From: Lama glama
Lineage: Eukaryota
Direction of reading: 5' to 3'
NCBI GenBank assembly: GCA_028534125.1
Contig: CM052832.1
Span: 9,116,001-9,180,000 of the forward strand
Length of the DNA: 64,000 nucleotides
Numbering within the stretch: the first letter of the stretch is position 1; the number at the start of each line of letters is the position of its first letter. The translations under genes were made by a program, and so were the position numbers. This document shows positions 1 to 12,029 of the stretch, in pieces. The notes under the pieces were generated by a model. The model did no database searches. It was not told the origin of the DNA and saw only the letters and a list, made by a program, of their open reading frames with translations.

Positions 1-1599
1 GTTACAGTCCTGGCTCCCTCCTCTCCCCTCCCCTGCTCATTGCCATACAGCTTTCCTTATTGACTTACTGATTCACCTACTAAATTATGTTGGTTTTTCC
101 AGGAAAACTCTAACATGATGATTTTCCCAAGTCATATGTAACTTGGCTATGGGAGACTGAACTATAACAAAGCCTTATCTTAATCAAGACCCTTACAAGA
201 CTTGGTGAGCCCTGAGCAGAGATTTGTAGCCTGGGAAATACTCTGATATAAATAGCCAGCTCACCACCCTAAGGAGCTCTCCTCTGCCTGGCTTTGTCTT
301 AAGAGGGTGAGTGGAGCCTTAATCTGTGGTTGGAACCAGGGCAAGCACTAAGTAAACAAGACAGTGCTTCTGCAGGGGAGGGAGGGGTAGTTCCAGATAT
401 GTGGGACCCCAAGAGATCCTAGGCTTGGTGAGGGAGCTGGGGAAACCACAGCATCCACTGAGCCAGGCTCATGTCCCCGTGCTGACCAGGGCCCTGTCCT
501 CAGCGAGCCCCAGTCTGAGGGGAGACACAGCCCTCCTTCAGGGAGTATAAGGCAGACCTGTAGGATTTACCCCAGCTTAGGGACACCTGGAGAGTGCATA
601 GGAGAGATGATGTTGGACAGGGAAGGGCTCTGGGACAGTGAAGAGTGGAGAGAACTCATACTTTCCTAGAAAGTTTAACTAGAAAAGCCAACAGGCAGGA
701 AGAACCGAGAGACTCTGAGGAAACTCTGAGGGGAGGAGGGGGCAACTGCTATGGGCTGGTCCTCCACTTCCCGTGTGGCTTTGGGTGAGGCCCTGCCCCA
801 CCCTAGGCCCGACTTCTCCCTGGCAGAACAGTCTGGTGGGTTGTAGGGTGCCCCCTAGGTGGCTCTGAGTGGGGAGGAGCAGCATTCTCCTCAGACCTGT
901 GCCAAATGCATTCCTCCAACTGCCTCTTTTAAACCTCCCCACAGCCGCTAAGGGGGTCTGATTATCCCACCTCACACAGGTCCAGAGAGTGAAGCTCCAC
1001 GCTTCACAAATGCAGGTTTGGGACTCAAAGGCTAACTCTTTCTGCTCTACCCACTCCTCCCCATGGGGACATTGGGAATGGCCCAGGTGGGACATTGTGC
1101 AGGTGGAAACAGGCTCAAGGGACAGCCTGTAGGTGAGGAAGAGGGCCGAATAGTGTTAGGCCTGCTGGGGTTGGTCTTGGGGGCATCTACTCAGTCCTAC
1201 AGGGGCTGCTGGCCCCTCAGGAGAGGGGCAGGAGCCCCAGGCTGAAGGCCGTCTGCTTCAGTCCTCCACCCAGGACCACCCCACAGGTGCCACACTGGGG
1301 GCTGGGCAGGAGAGCTGCTCCCACAGAGTTCACGGTGTAGCTGAACGTCAGCAGCTGCCACTTCCATTACTGGACAGATGTCTCACAGCCCTGCCCTCGC
1401 AGACACGGCCGCTGCCCTGACGGAAGGCACTCACTGCTTCTTTTCCACAGTTGGCAGGGCCGGCGCCATTCATGCACAAGTGATGGCCCCCAGCAGTGTC
1501 AGGTGGCCTGTCTCACATGCTGCTCCCCGAGGGCACACACAGCTCACGTCAGTGAGGGCTCTTGCTCGGCATCCTGCCCAGCCCAGGCCCAGGAGTCCA

Positions 1600-1760
1600 C
1601 ATTTTTTGCCCACTTACTATGTACCAGGTCCTCTTCTAAGCCTTTTCACCTGGTTCTCTTCATACGATCCTCACCTCAACTCCATTTTCCAGATGAGGGA
1701 GCTGAGGCCCAATGAGGTTAAGGTACTTGTCCCGAGGGATGAACCAGGAGTTAACAGGTG
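1600..1760 (-). mobile_element. MIR SINE fragment
   Basis: ccattttccagatgagggagctgaggccc...ggttaag MIR core motif in reverse orientation. Confidence 0.6.
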
Positions 1761-1959
1761 GTCCAGCTGCCATCACGGTCCTGGGCCACCTATGCACCCA
1801 AGGCCATCCATTCTCTGGGCTGTGGGTCCTGTCCATGAAGCAGGTCAGGGACTGCAGGGTGTGTGGAAATTCAATTGTCATAATGCAGGTGAGGATTATT
1901 CTGGAACCAAGTAGGCCACATTGTGCAGAGCCTTCCTCAGGTCCTAATCATACAGAGCA

Positions 1960-2520
1960 GCAGAGAGTTCACTGAAAAGGAACCACAAGTGGATCTTAAA
2001 CATATCAAAAGATACTCAACTTCACTTATAATGAGAAAAATGGAAATTAGAACCACCCTGAGATACTATTTTTCATCTATTATTCTGGCAAAAACCAAAA
2101 ATCTGTATGGGTGTGGCTGTGTGGCTGCTGGGAGTGTGACTGTACAACCCCCAGGGGAGAGGTAGGGCAGGGCTCAGGTGCAATCACAGATGGATCCTCT
2201 GATACAGGGATGCCTCTTCTAGGAATCTGCCCTCTAGATATATTCCCAGTGTGCAAAATGACCCATATCCATGTTTGTTTTAACAGGAGACTGGGAAACC
2301 CCCAACTATGTTCCATAGCTTGTAATAACCTATAATGAAAAAGAATAAACATCCATCAGTAGGGAACTGGATAATACCCCATGGGCCATCTGCGGTTACC
2401 ATTTAAACCTGGAGAACACTCCCCATCATAGATATGAAAGAACTCTAAGATACTGCTAAGGGAAAAAAGAACGGTTCAAGACAGAATGTGTATAAGTTAC
2501 CATTTGGGTTAAAATAAAAA
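1960..2520 (+). mobile_element. Old L1 (L1M-type) ORF2 C-terminal/3' UTR fragment
   Basis: The translation KHIKRYSTSLIMRKMEIRTTLRYY resembles L1 ORF2 [24 protein letters not shown]. Confidence 0.65.
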
Positions 2521-2528
2521 GAGAGAGA

Positions 2529-2613
2529 AGGGGACAGGGTAATAGCTTAGTCGTAGAGCACCTGCTTAGCATGAATGAGGTCCTGGGTTCAATCCCCAGT
2601 ACCTCCATTAAAA
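2529..2613 (+). mobile_element. tRNA-derived SINE (camelid Vic-1-like)
   Basis: A-box-like tagcttagtcgtagagc, B-box gggttcaatcccc, then cagtacctccattaaaa; similar to four other copies in the window. Confidence 0.8.
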
Positions 2614-3569
2614 GTATATATATACACACACAAAAAAGGGAAACCTATGAAGAATAAGAACTTTGCAGAATCTGAGTTTGCTTGTCCATGCTTGTCCACC
2701 CAGGCCTCCCTAGAAGGACAGACAGAGCTGGCCACAGTGAGGGCACCCAGAGGCTAAGGGACAATAATGAGTGGTAGACTTTCTTTGTATTGAGATTTTA
2801 TTTAGAAGCTACACACAGACATCTTTTTTTTTTAAGAGCACAATTATCATTCCAATGAACACTGTTGAAAATAATTTCTAAACAGTTACATGCTCCTTAT
2901 TCTTGTGCTGTAGAAGTCTGCTGCTATTATGTAATGCATCGTTCACATGCAACACACACACAAAAAACCAAAAAACACCTTTTTCACTCCAGATAACATG
3001 CACACAACCAAGGGTGCAAATCTTCAGTGTGTAGTTCCATGAATTTTGACATAAAGTCACCTGGGTAAGCAAGCTCAGATCAGGGAGGACATACCCAGCT
3101 TGCCTGATGGGGAAGGGGCGGCCTTTCACTGTAAAGATGGCTGCCCTTTTTGAATTCTGAACCTGCAGGAATGTATGGTGTGCTCTAACCAATATATGCA
3201 TAAATAGAGAAATGTAAAATTGTGCAAGCTGCATCCTTCAGGTGAGTAAGGAGCTCCCATCCAGCTGGGGGCAGAGCTCAATGTGGATGGTAAGCCAGCC
3301 GTGGGCAAAGACTCCTGCATAGACCCAGGCCTTCTGGAAACATCTGTTGAGCAGAATTGATCCAGCCAGAGGGGTCCTTGGTCCCCAGTGATGTGTAAGA
3401 GGGAAATGAGGTTGGAGAGGAGGCTGGGGGCTAAATCTGCTGGTCACGAATGCTAGGCAGAGCCTTATTCCACAGTCACTACCTGTCCTGTTGCTCTTCC
3501 TACCAGCCTGGTACAGCTCCAAGAAATCATTGCATGCCAGAGACTGACAGCACAAAGAGTGGTTGGATG

Positions 3570-3815
3570 ATTTTTTTTAAGTAAATCTTTATTTTGGGCT
3601 TTATAAAAAGCAATGCAGTACCCTGCAGACTGGTGTTAAATGTCTACAGTGCAAAATCCACGTGACACACATAAAAGTTGCCAGGAGTACAGTGCTCTTG
3701 TTGATTTTGTATTCAGTCAGGTTAAACAATGGACAATAAAAGAATGAGCATGTTCCTCATGTGCATGATTCATTCCTGTCTAAATGCCCCAACCTGTGAT
3801 TTCTTTACTTTTCCT
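3570..3815 (-). pseudogene. Probable retrocopied mRNA 3' UTR fragment (parent not identified)
   Basis: The minus strand ends ...gcattgctttttataaagcccaaAATAAAgatttactt then A8; I do not recognise it as an L1, L2 or MIR motif. Confidence 0.4.
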
Positions 3816-4049
3816 ACTGCTAGTTATCCAAGATCATGAGGAAACACTGAATCTCTAAAGGCCATCCTCTGGCAGAGCAGTACAGTAAACAGCATTTTGG
3901 ATCTAAGTTTTAACCAAAGGTTGCTCAGAGGGTTCCAGGGGGTAAATGCTGGGCAATTTCAGGATCAGCAGGTCCACAGAATTCTTGAAATGTCATTATA
4001 AACTTATTTTGTTGAATCTCCATTGCTAAGCAAGGGCCAGAATATGTGT

Positions 4050-4240
4050 GTTTCCCATTTACTTGCTTCTTGGTTTACCATCTATCTCAACCATCTAAAC
4101 ATAAGCCCCAGGAGGGCTGGGGCATCAGCTCTCCAGGGTCACTGCTCCATCTTCAGCACCTTGCACAGTGGCTGGTGCATCCTCGGTGCACAGCAAATAA
4201 TTCTTCAGGGAGCAAATGAATGAATGAATGAATGAGTGAA
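4050..4240 (+). mobile_element. L2 3' end with (TGAA)n tail, just upstream of PRPH2 exon 2
   Basis: cagcaccttgcacagtggctgg...aaatgaatgaatgaatgaatgagtgaa. Confidence 0.55.
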
Positions 4241-4319
4241 TATTCTAGCTTTTCAGAGTGAGGGGTGGGCGGAGCTGGCACCCCAGAAGCTGGTCTCAAG
4301 CCATCTGTTTCTCCTCCAG

Positions 4320-4566
4320 TCGCGTCAAGAGCAATGTGGATGGGCGGTACCTGCTGGATGGAGTCCCCTTCAGCTGCTGCAACCCCAACTCGCCGCGGCC
4401 CTGCATCCAGTACCAGCTCACCAACAACTCGGCGCACTACAGCTACGACCACCAGACGGAGGAGCTCAACCTGTGGGTGCGCGGCTGCCGGGCCGCCCTG
4501 CTTAGCTACTATAGCAACCTCATGAACTCCATGGGCGCCGTGGTGCTCCTTGTCTGGCTCTTCGAG
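4320..4566 (+). CDS. PRPH2: Peripherin-2/RDS coding exon 2 (large intradiscal EC2 loop and start of TM4)
   Basis: ctcctccag| acceptor and GAG|gtagg donor. 247 nt encoding [82 protein letters not shown], recognisable peripherin-2 with the PxSCC tetraspanin motif. Confidence 0.98.
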
Positions 4567-4749
4567 GTAGGTCCCGGGCCAGTGCAGGGCAGGGTGAGAG
4601 GGACCTGCCCCACTGGGGTTTGATGGGGTGAAGCTGGGCCTGGAACACGTCTCCCTCCTCGGAACCAGCCCTCTGTCCACCATGGGTCAGGCAGGCCCAG
4701 GCTTGAACACCAGCACTTCCACTTTTTTTGTTTGTTTGTTTCTGTCTTA

Positions 4750-5090
4750 TCACTTAAAAAAGAGAATTTATTGAGTTGAAATTCATAGCAGATACAATTG
4801 ACTATTTTAAAGTGAACAATTTGGTGGCATTTAGCACATTCACAATGTTGTGGGACCACTACCTCCATCTTGTTCCAAAACACTTCCATCACCCCCTCAT
4901 GAAAACCTCATACCCATTAAGCAGTCAGTCCCCCTCCACACCTCCCCCTAAGTCCCTGGCAATCACCAATCTGTGTTCTGTCCTTGTGGATTTATCTATT
5001 CTGGACATTTCATATAAATGGAATCATATAATATGTGACCTTTTACATCTGGTTTCTTTCACTTTGCATGTTTTAGAGGTTCATCCTGTG
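4750..5090 (-). mobile_element. L1M(B)-type 3' end
   Basis: tttattgag...gcatttagcacattcacaatgttgt...ccctggcaatcaccaatctg...catataaatggaatcata. Confidence 0.7.
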
Positions 5091-7366
5091 TCTCTACTTC
5101 TTTAGTCTGAGGTCTTGGAAAGTTATTTAACCTCTCTGTTATACAGGGCTGACAGCATTTAGCTTTGGGACTGTTGGGAGGCAACAGGAGATAACAGGCA
5201 CACTGAGGTGTTCAGTAAGTGATTTGAGAGTCTCCTGAGATTCTTGTAGCAATTTACCTGTTATTCTAATTATTTATAGGCTCATATTCTCTCATCTGTA
5301 AAGATTAATTCCTGTCTGTAGCTACAGGGCTTGAAATGCAGCAAGGCCTCATTTATTCATTCGTTGAAGAGATACTTCTCAAACAGTACTGGGCGCTGTC
5401 CTGGGTGCTGAACAAGAACCTGAGTTAGTGAGTGGTAAACCATGGTGGCACATAGGGTGACTCATGGGCCCCTGCTTTGAGCTGACAGCAGAAAACCCAA
5501 ACTCCAAAATCCAAACGTACAGAAACATTAGGTGAGGAAACTTCACCCACCAGAGAGGATTCACTGAAAAGTTCCTTTAAGTAAGTCAATCCTTAGTACT
5601 ACGGAAAGCCATGTGCTCTCAGCTGAGACACACCACTTCTAACTCACCACATCACACCAGAGGAGCTGTACTGCCTGTGTGTGTGGGGGTGGTGGTGGTG
5701 GAGGGAGGACTTCTTTTAATACTGAGGCAAACACAAGCAAGCATATTCATGATGATTTATTGGTCATGGACTCCTTGAGGTAGAGCCTTGGGAATGAGTG
5801 GGTAGAATGAGAAGGTAAAAAGGTCATGTCCCTTGAAAACCCATGAAAAGAAGACTGAAAGAATAGCAGAATTATTGAGAAAATGGGGCTCAATTGGCTG
5901 CCTCTCAGTTTACCCACCTTGCCAGGAATCTAATGATTGCTTAAGATGAGGAACTGCTTGTTCACTAGAAACAGGGAGTTTGAATGCTCCTGACTTTCAC
6001 CCGAGGCCTTTAGTGGGCAACCTCTGTAAGAGTACAAGGGTGGCTGAGGTGATGATAGGATTCTGCCCTGAGCCATGCCCTCCTGGGTTTCATAATTCAG
6101 TTAGGAGATGACATCTTACTCATAAACCAAAGGGAGTGCCAATATCAAATGCAAAATTCATAGTGCAACAGGGGCCTCCTTGAGAAAAGCAGGAACAAAT
6201 CAGAGTGGGCACATGCACACCAAGAGGACTGCCTGGAGGAGGTGAGTTTTCCACTTTAAAAATATTTTATTACTATTATCATCTATTATAGTAATTATAA
6301 AATGCTCCCAGAGCATTTATTCAACAGGATGTTTACTGAGTCCCTGCCACCACTGGATGCTGATCTACGGGCTGGGATAGTGGGTGAACAAGATGCATTA
6401 GGGGCTATCTCTGCCCTCAGATGGCAGACATTCTCCATCAGCAGGCCTAGTCCTCTCACAGAATTTGTTGTATCATCAAAGGAGGAGTGTAAGACAGCAA
6501 ACCAGGAATTTGTGTAGAATCAAGTGGCTAACACAATACATGATGAGAAAAGTGAAAACAATACTTACCACACTGACTAATAACCAATTACAGCTGACAC
6601 TCCTGTGCATCCTTGCTGTGTACCAGGTACATATAGTGAAGCATCACAGCATATGCATGAAGCAGGCAGTACTTCATCTGAAAATCTGCAAACCAGAGGA
6701 GTAAACTGAGGTTTCCTGGACACATGACTGGCTAAGTGCCAGGGCTGGGGTTTGAACTCAGACATCTTGGCACCAGAGTCTGCCCTAGTGACTGCCAGTA
6801 AACAGATCCAAACAAATCACCCACTTATTCTCAGAGTAATAAAAATAATAGGAGAGGGAAATCACATTAGTATATTGTTTGCAGAAAAGGAGGTGACTTT
6901 TTAATTCTGTCTAACAAAGTTATTGAGCACCCAATATGTGCCAAGCAACATGCTAGGAATGAAGTGAGGGTGGGGTAGGCACAGGGAGGAGCCCAGAATT
7001 AATGCCCCTGGGATGGGACAGACCTGAGGGGAAGGAGGGGGGCACCCGTTGGGCATTGTAGCTGAAGTGACAGGTGAACGTGGAGGGGAGCAATGTTCTA
7101 GGCAGAGAAAATAGCAGGGATCCAAAGAAGCCCAGGGTGGCTGGAAAGGGAGGAGACTGGGGCCCAAAATGCGGCTGCAGCTGAGGCAGGTATCTGGAGT
7201 GCCCAGGCCTGGCTGGGGTGGGCAGCCCTTTGCCAACCTAGACCCACCAGAGCCTTGTTCTAAGAGCCCCAGGGATGAGCGGGGTGGTGGCCCCCATGGT
7301 TTCCTAATAGCTCCCACCCCAGCTACTTCTCCCAGACCTCCTCTAAGTCTCCTCTCCCCATATCAG

Positions 7367-7579
7367 GTGACCATCACCATTGGGCTGCGCTACCTGCACA
7401 CGGCACTGGAAGGCGTGTCCAACCCCGAGGACCCTGAGTGCGTGAGTGAGGGCTGGCTTCTGGAGAAGAGTGTGCCAGAGACCTGGAAGGCCTTTCTGGA
7501 GAGCGTAAAAAAGCTGGGCAAGGGTAACCAGGTGGAAGCTGAGGGAGCAGAAGCAGGCCAGTCCCCAGAGGCTGGCTGA
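7367..7579 (+). CDS. PRPH2: Peripherin-2 terminal coding exon 3 (cytoplasmic C-terminus)
   Basis: ctccccatatcag| acceptor; [70 protein letters not shown]; phase 0 matches the exon 2 donor. Confidence 0.98.
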   Translation: MTITIGLRYLHTALEGVSNPEDPECVSEGWLLEKSVPETWKAFLESVKKLGKGNQVEAEGAEAGQSPEAG

Positions 7580-9045
7580 CAGCCCCGGGACCCCCTCCCC
7601 TTCTGAACACTGAGAAGTAGTGGACTCCAGGAAATGCGGACTCCCCCCTCGTCCAATCTCAGTCTCCCAAAGAGGCCAACATCTCACAGAGACTCTTCTG
7701 GATCGTGGGATTTAAAATTTGAGGTCCCTAAAAACTTTTGTTGAATGATTTGACTCAAAATGTGAGAGAATGAGCCCCCACTCAGGCCCGCCACCCTAGG
7801 ACACACCCCCATGGTGGACTCAGGGGGGCCTCTCAGTGGATGACTGTTCATGGCACAAGAATTCCGTCCTACCCTGAGGCTACTGGCCACACCTGAGGGC
7901 TGCTCCCCTTTGACAAGTTGGCCATTATGAGCTCCAAGTTGCTTCATTCTATATCCAAAGTGTCACTTGGTGTACAAAACACAGGATTCTGGAAAATGTC
8001 CTGGTCATGCTGTCATTTTCTTTTTAAACGCCAAGACTGACAGGTCAGCCATTTATTTGTTTAGTCACAGAAGGTGTGGGATAGTTACGCTTTTCTGAGA
8101 GTAATGGTCTCTTCAAAGCACTGAGGGCTCAAAAGAGGAATTCTCAAATCATGGGGAAAGGGAACTTAGAAACAGACTGTTTCCCCCAGCAAGAACACAG
8201 CTAACGGCCTGCTTTTATGTCACATTCACAAGTCCTCAGTCACCTAGCCAGGAGTGAGCCACGTGCTGAGGAAGTTGGCTGTTCCAGCATGTCCCACCCC
8301 TTAAGTGCCAGTGACCTCCTTTGGCTTGTCTGTGGAAACACTGGGCTAGATGGCTGCCTTTCCGTGGAAGAGAAGCAACAATCAGACAAGAGTCTACCTT
8401 CTAGAGACCAGGCCTCACCTCTGGGTGGGCCCAGGGACACCCACCCAGGTGCTGTGACAGACCCCACGGACAACACTGACTGTCTACAGTGGAGGGCAGA
8501 GTCCTCTGGGAGCTTCATCCTGTTTCTTTCCCCAGATACCCATCCTGCAAAGTGACATTTCTGGAATGCCTCCACATTAAAGAAGATTCTTTGAGACAGC
8601 TCATCTTCCCATGTTAGTAACTGTGAGAAAAGTTTTCACTTCCCTCTGAAAAAATAGAGAGAAAGGAAGCTTCTAAAGGAAGGAGAGAATGGTTTCACTG
8701 CTGTCCTAAGAGTCTTCAATGTGAAGAAAGTAAGACTTCCGGTGCTGCCTAGGGTATGTTCTGGGGCTCTAATTCTCACAGGCTTGAGACCAGATCAAAG
8801 ATGTTTGGACACTGTCAGATTTTGGTCCCAGGTTTAATTCAATTAGACTTGTGAGCATGGAGACCAAGGAGTGATTCACACAGAAAATGCTGAGGGAATC
8901 GGCCCCTCCGACGAGGGTCAGGGAGCTTTCTCCCCATCAGGAGCGCCGAGAACCATTGTGAAAATGCTGCTCTAGGCTCACAGGTGTAAAGATGCTGTTG
9001 ACAGCTGTACAATAGACATTAAAAGTTATATTGTATGAAAATCAC
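7580..9045 (+). other. PRPH2: Putative PRPH2 3' UTR
   Basis: Runs from the stop codon to just past an ATTAAA hexamer at 9018-9023; the end is inferred. Confidence 0.6.
9018..9023 (+). terminator. Candidate PRPH2 polyadenylation signal (ATTAAA)
   Basis: TGTA at 9006 precedes ATTAAA, and a T/GT-rich stretch (cacttttgtt) follows. Confidence 0.55.
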
Positions 9046-10869
9046 TTTTGTTAAATGCCTGTCTTAAACATATGTTCTAAATGTGTGTATCACAGGACCC
9101 CCAGTTCTAGCCAGTATTTGTTAACAAAACAAAACCTGACACAGAAAGAAAGCAGTCTTTCAGGCCAGCTGTTTCAAGTGTGCCTATTACCTCTCCCTCT
9201 TGCTCTTCTCTGTAAGAACAGGAGCTATTTGGTTACCTAAATAATCTCAACATTTGCTAGAGTCTGGACCAGAGCTTAGTATTTTATATGTGGCATTTTA
9301 ACATAGTGATTTAAGCAAAAATTCCAAACCATATTTTTCTGTGATCACAAAACATACTTCCCCAAATGGGGAAGTGTGAGTCTCTATGGGGCCAGGTTAG
9401 AGGGCAGATGTAAGCAAACTCAGAATCTGAGGGCTGTAAGGAGGATCCAGGGTGAAACCTGGACCCTACAATAAACATCACCCATTGGTTCAGAGCAGTG
9501 TGTTGGGAGCCTGGAGCTGAAGTACTGAATTAAGCACATACAGATTATGACCTGCTGAATGAAGGGGCACAAGCCACCCACATGGAGTTGGCAGGTAGCT
9601 CCCTCAGCATCCCAGGCCCCGCTTTGGGGAAGTGAAAACCCCAGGGTTATTTTGACTAAAGGCACAGTTTCAATGCACTCATACAAAGGGAGCAAATTCA
9701 CAAGGTCTATTACTTAGAGATCCCAGAACAGAAAGGCTGTGCATGTGCAACAAGCCAGGGCAAAGCAGTCCTCTGTCCCAGGTCACGAGAGCAGGAGACA
9801 GAGAGCAGGGTAGCAAGCATCCATTACTTAAGAGGTGGTTGGGGTGGGGGTCACTAACTTTTCACTAGCTCCACTCTGAGTGGTTATTTAAAAAGGTGCC
9901 CTGGGAAAAGCAGAGCAGGAACCCAGGGCGGGACTCCTAAGCCCAGGTCCTTATCCAAGAGTCCTGATCAGGGTTGTCACACTGGAAAATGCTCAGGCAG
10001 CAACTCACAATAGCTATTTTCTCATCACACAAGACTTAGGGTGAGCTGCATCCTAACAGTCTGCTCAGGGAACCAGGTGTTGACAGAGAAAACCGGCCCA
10101 TCTCGTTTGGTCATCTACAAGTGCTCACCAAGACTTTGGCCAGGTTCTTCCTTGTGTCTAATCTCAGTCTTTCCTGGGGCCAGTGTAATTCATTTCTCCC
10201 AAGGAACTCAGCCAGCTTTTCAAGCCCTGCCAACTTAGCTGGGGGAGGGGGGCGGTGAGAGGTAAAGACAGTGCCTTAGGTCTTCTATTTTTTAAAGCAG
10301 TTACTCCATAGCGAGAGTGTAGTAATAGCTACTTATTCTGAACATTTAGAAAGATAAGTGTCCTAGAATCTGTGGCCTCATCTCAGGAAACCATAGCCTC
10401 CCAACATTTTCAAGCCCAGGACTGAGCCACCAGCCAATAAACCCTGAGTAACCTCAATTCGGGTTAATAAGATTAGGCGCTTGCTCTGCAGTCCCCCGCC
10501 CCTCTTCGTCCGGGCACCTGTAATGCTAGGCCAGCAGGTTTGCAGCTTAGCCAGAGGCAGGGGGAACCACAACAATTAGGGCCTCTGACCTGCTACTAGA
10601 TAAAAAAAAATTGCCCCTGATGAGTTTGGCCAGCTAGCAGCACCATGTGTTAAGGACTAAATGTCGGGGAGTAACAGAGAAGTCCAGGGGGAGAAGGGAT
10701 GCTTTCCTGGTCCTCAGAGAAGATGAGATTGGCTGGAAGAAAGGAAGGAAGCATCAGTTCTTAACTCATGATGGCATTGTATCGTATCCTCCAAATCAGA
10801 GGAAGCACATAAGCAGCAATGTGAAAGAGAATGTTACACGAGAATGGTGTAGAGTGATTTAAGATATAA

Positions 10870-11365
10870 GGGACAACTAGCTATTTACCTGAGGGGAGTG
10901 AAAACAGGTCCACACAAAAACCTGTACAGGAATGTTTGTTGTAGGTTTATTCATAACTACCAAAAATGCCAAAATGTCCTTTACCTGGTGACTGCATAAA
11001 CATCTGCACGATGAAATATGACTCTGCAACCAAAAGGAACACGGACAGCCCTCGAATGCATCAGTCTTCTTAGTGAGAGACGCCAGACTCAAAACGCTAC
11101 ATATATATTTATGACATTCTGGAAAAGGCAAGACAAAGGGACAAAAAAAGATTAGTGGTCTTCAGGGGTTAGGATGTGGGGACAAGGTGCCCACCAAGGG
11201 GCACAAGGGAACTTCTTGGGGTGATGGAACTGTTCTACTCAAGTGTAGTGTCTGTTAAAACAACTGCACGCATTTGTCAAAATGCATAAAACCACCCACT
11301 AGAAAGGATGACTTTTACTATTTGGAAAATCAGCCTCAATAAACCTGACTTAAAAAAAAAAAAAA
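10870..11365 (+). mobile_element. L1M(C/B)-type 3' fragment ending in poly(A)
   Basis: gaaaacaggtccacacaaaaacctgtac...tttatgacattctggaaaaggcaa...aataaacctgacttaaaaaaaaaaaaa. Confidence 0.7.
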
Positions 11366-12023
11366 GAGTAGAGACAAAGCAAGGAATGTGTCAGAGGGGC
11401 TTAATGAGTCCTGGAACTGACATCAGGACGAGGGAAGGGAGTAAGGTGGTAGCAGCATGAATGACTGGGAGTCAGAGCAAGCACAATGTAACCTTGCTTT
11501 TTGTTTGATGCTTTCAAGAGGATTTTGAAAAGCACAGCAGAACTTCTGTAGAGAATGTCTCTCTTGCAATTAGAGGATGTAGCTTCCTTCCTACATGTGT
11601 CACCCTTAAGCAGAAAGTGTCTGGGGAGTGGGTAAGAATGAGGACCTGAAGATCATCAGGTAAGGAGAAGCAAGAATTTAAACTTGAAAAGAGGAGCTGT
11701 AGCTGGGAGAGACTTTGAGCGCCCTGTTTTCCCAGTGATTTGAGGTCCACATGGTTCAGAAAGGTCATAAGCTGTCATAGTCAATGAATATGAAACTTAA
11801 TCAGCTGAGATGATGATCAAGCTTTCTTTGGAAGGTCAAGATGGTTTGGCTAACGGCCATGGTTGACACTAATAATATAAGCATCTTAAATTTCAAGCTA
11901 ATACAGTTGTCCCATTTTCTTTGGGGTAAGGTGACATGGGGAACATTTCTATGGTATTTAACTGTGTGAAACAAACAGAAAGAAAATGTAAGCAGACACA
12001 AAGTAATGTCAACACCTGAAGCA

Positions 12024-12029
12024 TTTATT
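12024..12029 (-). terminator. Candidate distal UBR2 poly(A) signal AATAAA
   Basis: tttatt on +. On the minus strand it reads TGTAAAAAGTTTAAAGATATCCAAATAAATGC, followed by U/GU-rich sequence. Confidence 0.6.

Noticed and set aside
679..1975. Several 70-178 aa ORFs in PRPH2 intron 1
   Set aside because: No recognisable homology, partly overlapping a MIR relic, and expected by chance at this GC content.
4153..4683. 176-aa minus-strand ORF
   Set aside because: Antisense shadow of the GC-rich PRPH2 exon 2.
9420..10030. Possible LTR relic between the two genes
   Set aside because: I could not define termini, a TSD or a family with confidence.
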